Source: Basidiobolus meristosporus CBS 931.73 (lineage: Eukaryota > Fungi > Basidiobolomycota). Taken from it: DNA of 64,000 bases. Both the position numbers and the translations under genes were made by a program. The notes under the pieces were generated by a model. The model was not told where the DNA came from. It did not search any database and saw only the letters and a program-made list of their open reading frames with translations. The stretch covers positions 62,001 through 126,000 of the forward strand of contig MCFE01000107.1 of NCBI GenBank assembly GCA_002104905.1. Reading direction: 5' to 3'. Below, in pieces: positions 62,201-64,000 of the stretch (positions are counted from its first letter, which is position 1; each line of letters starts with the position of its first letter).

Positions 62201-63150
62201 AGGTACTTTTGGCACTTTTGCTTTGGAGCATTGTATTTGCAATATGTCTCTATTGTTAACATTGTGTGAAAAAATTTGATTATCTCATTGAAAGGCTACC
62301 ACAAGACTTTAATCCCATGACTAAGAGATATTGATGCAATGTGGACACCATGCAAAGACTATAAATATTATATTTATATCTGTTAGTCAGATCTTTTACT
62401 TTGTCTCCTGGCAGTATCTTTATAGTGAAGAATTTTTGTCTCAGATATATTTTATGTGTGCTGGCTGGGTATTTCTGCTAATTAAATTTTTCATTTCTTC
62501 TCCTGTCAGCATCTTTGTAGTAAGAAGTTTTGGTCTCAGATACACTTTCTTAGAAGCTGAACATGGCTGGTATGTGTCTTCTAGTGCCTTCAAGGCATTC
62601 TTGGCCACTTTTGCTCCTGAGTATTGAATTAGCAATTTGTCTTTAACATACAGGCAAATGCAGCTAAGGCACTTTGTTCTTTCTTCTGGTACTTTGAGGC
62701 ATCCTCTCCCATGTTTTTAGCAGGGCATTCTTCATTTATGATACTATCCCAAAGGCATCTGTCTTATAGCAGCATCTTCATCTTCACCTTTGGTGCTTGG
62801 TGGTCACATCAATCCAGCTTTCCAGCAGTGGGAAAATTCCTGTATTAGCAATAGTAGACATTGCAGAAAGTGACAGCTTGGGGCTCAGAACCTACAGGAA
62901 GAGTCTTGTAAATATTGGAAGTGATTGGGAGAGCCAGTATATTATGTGGTTTTCACTTAATGATTTATGAAGTATAAATAGTACTTATACTTTTGGTAAA
63001 ATAATGAAAACAGATGCTGAGAGCTTGCTTAGGGAGGTCCTTAGAATATGTGTGCAAAGTTTGGTCACTTCTGGACAACAATTAGAGAGGTTATGATCTA
63101 TGTACCTGATGACATGGTGAGGCTATTCTAAGTAAATACCAACCATAAAT
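59230..63150 (-). mobile_element. Degenerate copia B3 with internal deletion, duplicated gag pieces and partial 5' LTR
   Basis: Fragments 59420-59740 (RT), 60628-60813 (integrase), 62441-62635 (gag); PBS relic at 62881-62892. Confidence 0.85.
61375..61585. mobile_element. Short MITE (211 bp), TSD ATT
   Basis: AGACTTGTTCCAT...ATGGAACAGGTCT; ATT at 61372-61374 and 61586-61588; empty site gatattggg seen at ~50004-50012; many GTGCC subterminal repeats. Confidence 0.88.
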
Positions 63151-63249
63151 TTGGTCTGGACAGGATGCTGAGCACAGAATAAGTTCTATGTAACTATGGT
63201 AGAATGAATATTCAAGTAACAACATAATATTAGCAACATTTTACTCACC

Positions 63250-64000
63250 AAATGGATGTAAATATTTCATTTTTCAATACAGGACTTAAAGAGAATGCAT
63301 ATATGTACCAGCCTGATAGGATTTCTGACCAAGATTGCCCCCATTTTGTTGGCAAGCTTAAAAGTTCTCTACATGTGTCAGATAATCACCCAGAGCCTGG
63401 AATTGCAAGACAGATTCATATTTGGAATCCTTCAGTATCCAAAGAAGCACTGCTGACTATAATATCTTCTATAAGCCAGATACAACAAATCTAGCTCTGT
63501 TGACTCTATATGTGGATAGTCTTGTTGTAGCTACTAATAACCAAGGAACCCTTGAAGTGACTAAATTTAGCCTCTCTAAGGAGTTGAAGATATCCAATCT
63601 AGGAGAACTCAGCTACCACTTAGTGAAAAAGTTCTTGATAGACAGAAGTACCCAGACTATGACCCTAATCCAGTCCAGGTATGTTCAACATATACCTATA
63701 AGGTACCAAATGGAAGAATTACAACCTGCAAATGCCCCAGAGGAGATAAACTTAATTTGGTCAAAACCCAGCCAGTTCAGAAGAGCTTGGTACCATTTGA
63801 TAGCCCAGAATTCAGTTACTAAACTATAGCCAGCAGTCAGATATGAGATGCTTGAAACACTTTCAGAAATCTCATATTCAGTGGGAGTTGGTAGCCCACA
63901 CAATGAAACTATGAATCTGATCATATTGCAATAATTAAGTAGACTTTTAGAAATCTGAGAGGAACAGCTGAAATCTGTTCTAGGTATACCCATAAGGACT
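63250..64000 (+). mobile_element. Degenerate copia B RT fragment, runs off the window
   Basis: MDVNISFFN.GL; LYVDSLVVA (63422-63829). Confidence 0.8.

Noticed and set aside
2000-64000. Classical CpA-type RIP
   Set aside because: Informative copy comparisons mostly involve CpG, and CpA/TpG remain plentiful; a formal context count is still needed.

Overview
Eukaryotic, most likely fungal, genomic DNA. There is one recognisable host gene at the left edge: a 5'-truncated, intron-containing chitin deacetylase with a hevein/CBM18-type chitin-binding module and a CE4/NodB domain (1-993). The remaining ~62 kb is nested transposable elements of different ages. These include two Ty1/copia families: family A has a full-length copy with an open 1305-aa ORF at 34188-38873, and family B has TSD-flanked full-length but disabled copies at 45831-51336 and 53192-57873. 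Also present are Ty3/gypsy relics, solo LTRs (one nested inside another of its own family), CACTA/EnSpm transposase relics, and a MITE family with AG...CT ends and AAT/ATT target duplications. CpG is abundant in the gene region, reduced in the youngest element and almost absent in old repeats; copy-to-copy comparisons show CpG->TpG/CpA decay directly. The most interesting unexplained signal is a multi-copy degenerate ORF ('ORF-X') that I cannot assign to any family and that sits head-to-head with the CACTA transposase at three separate places. I see no prokaryotic features, RNA genes or CRISPR arrays. All alignments and counts were done by eye, and boundaries of old relics are approximate.
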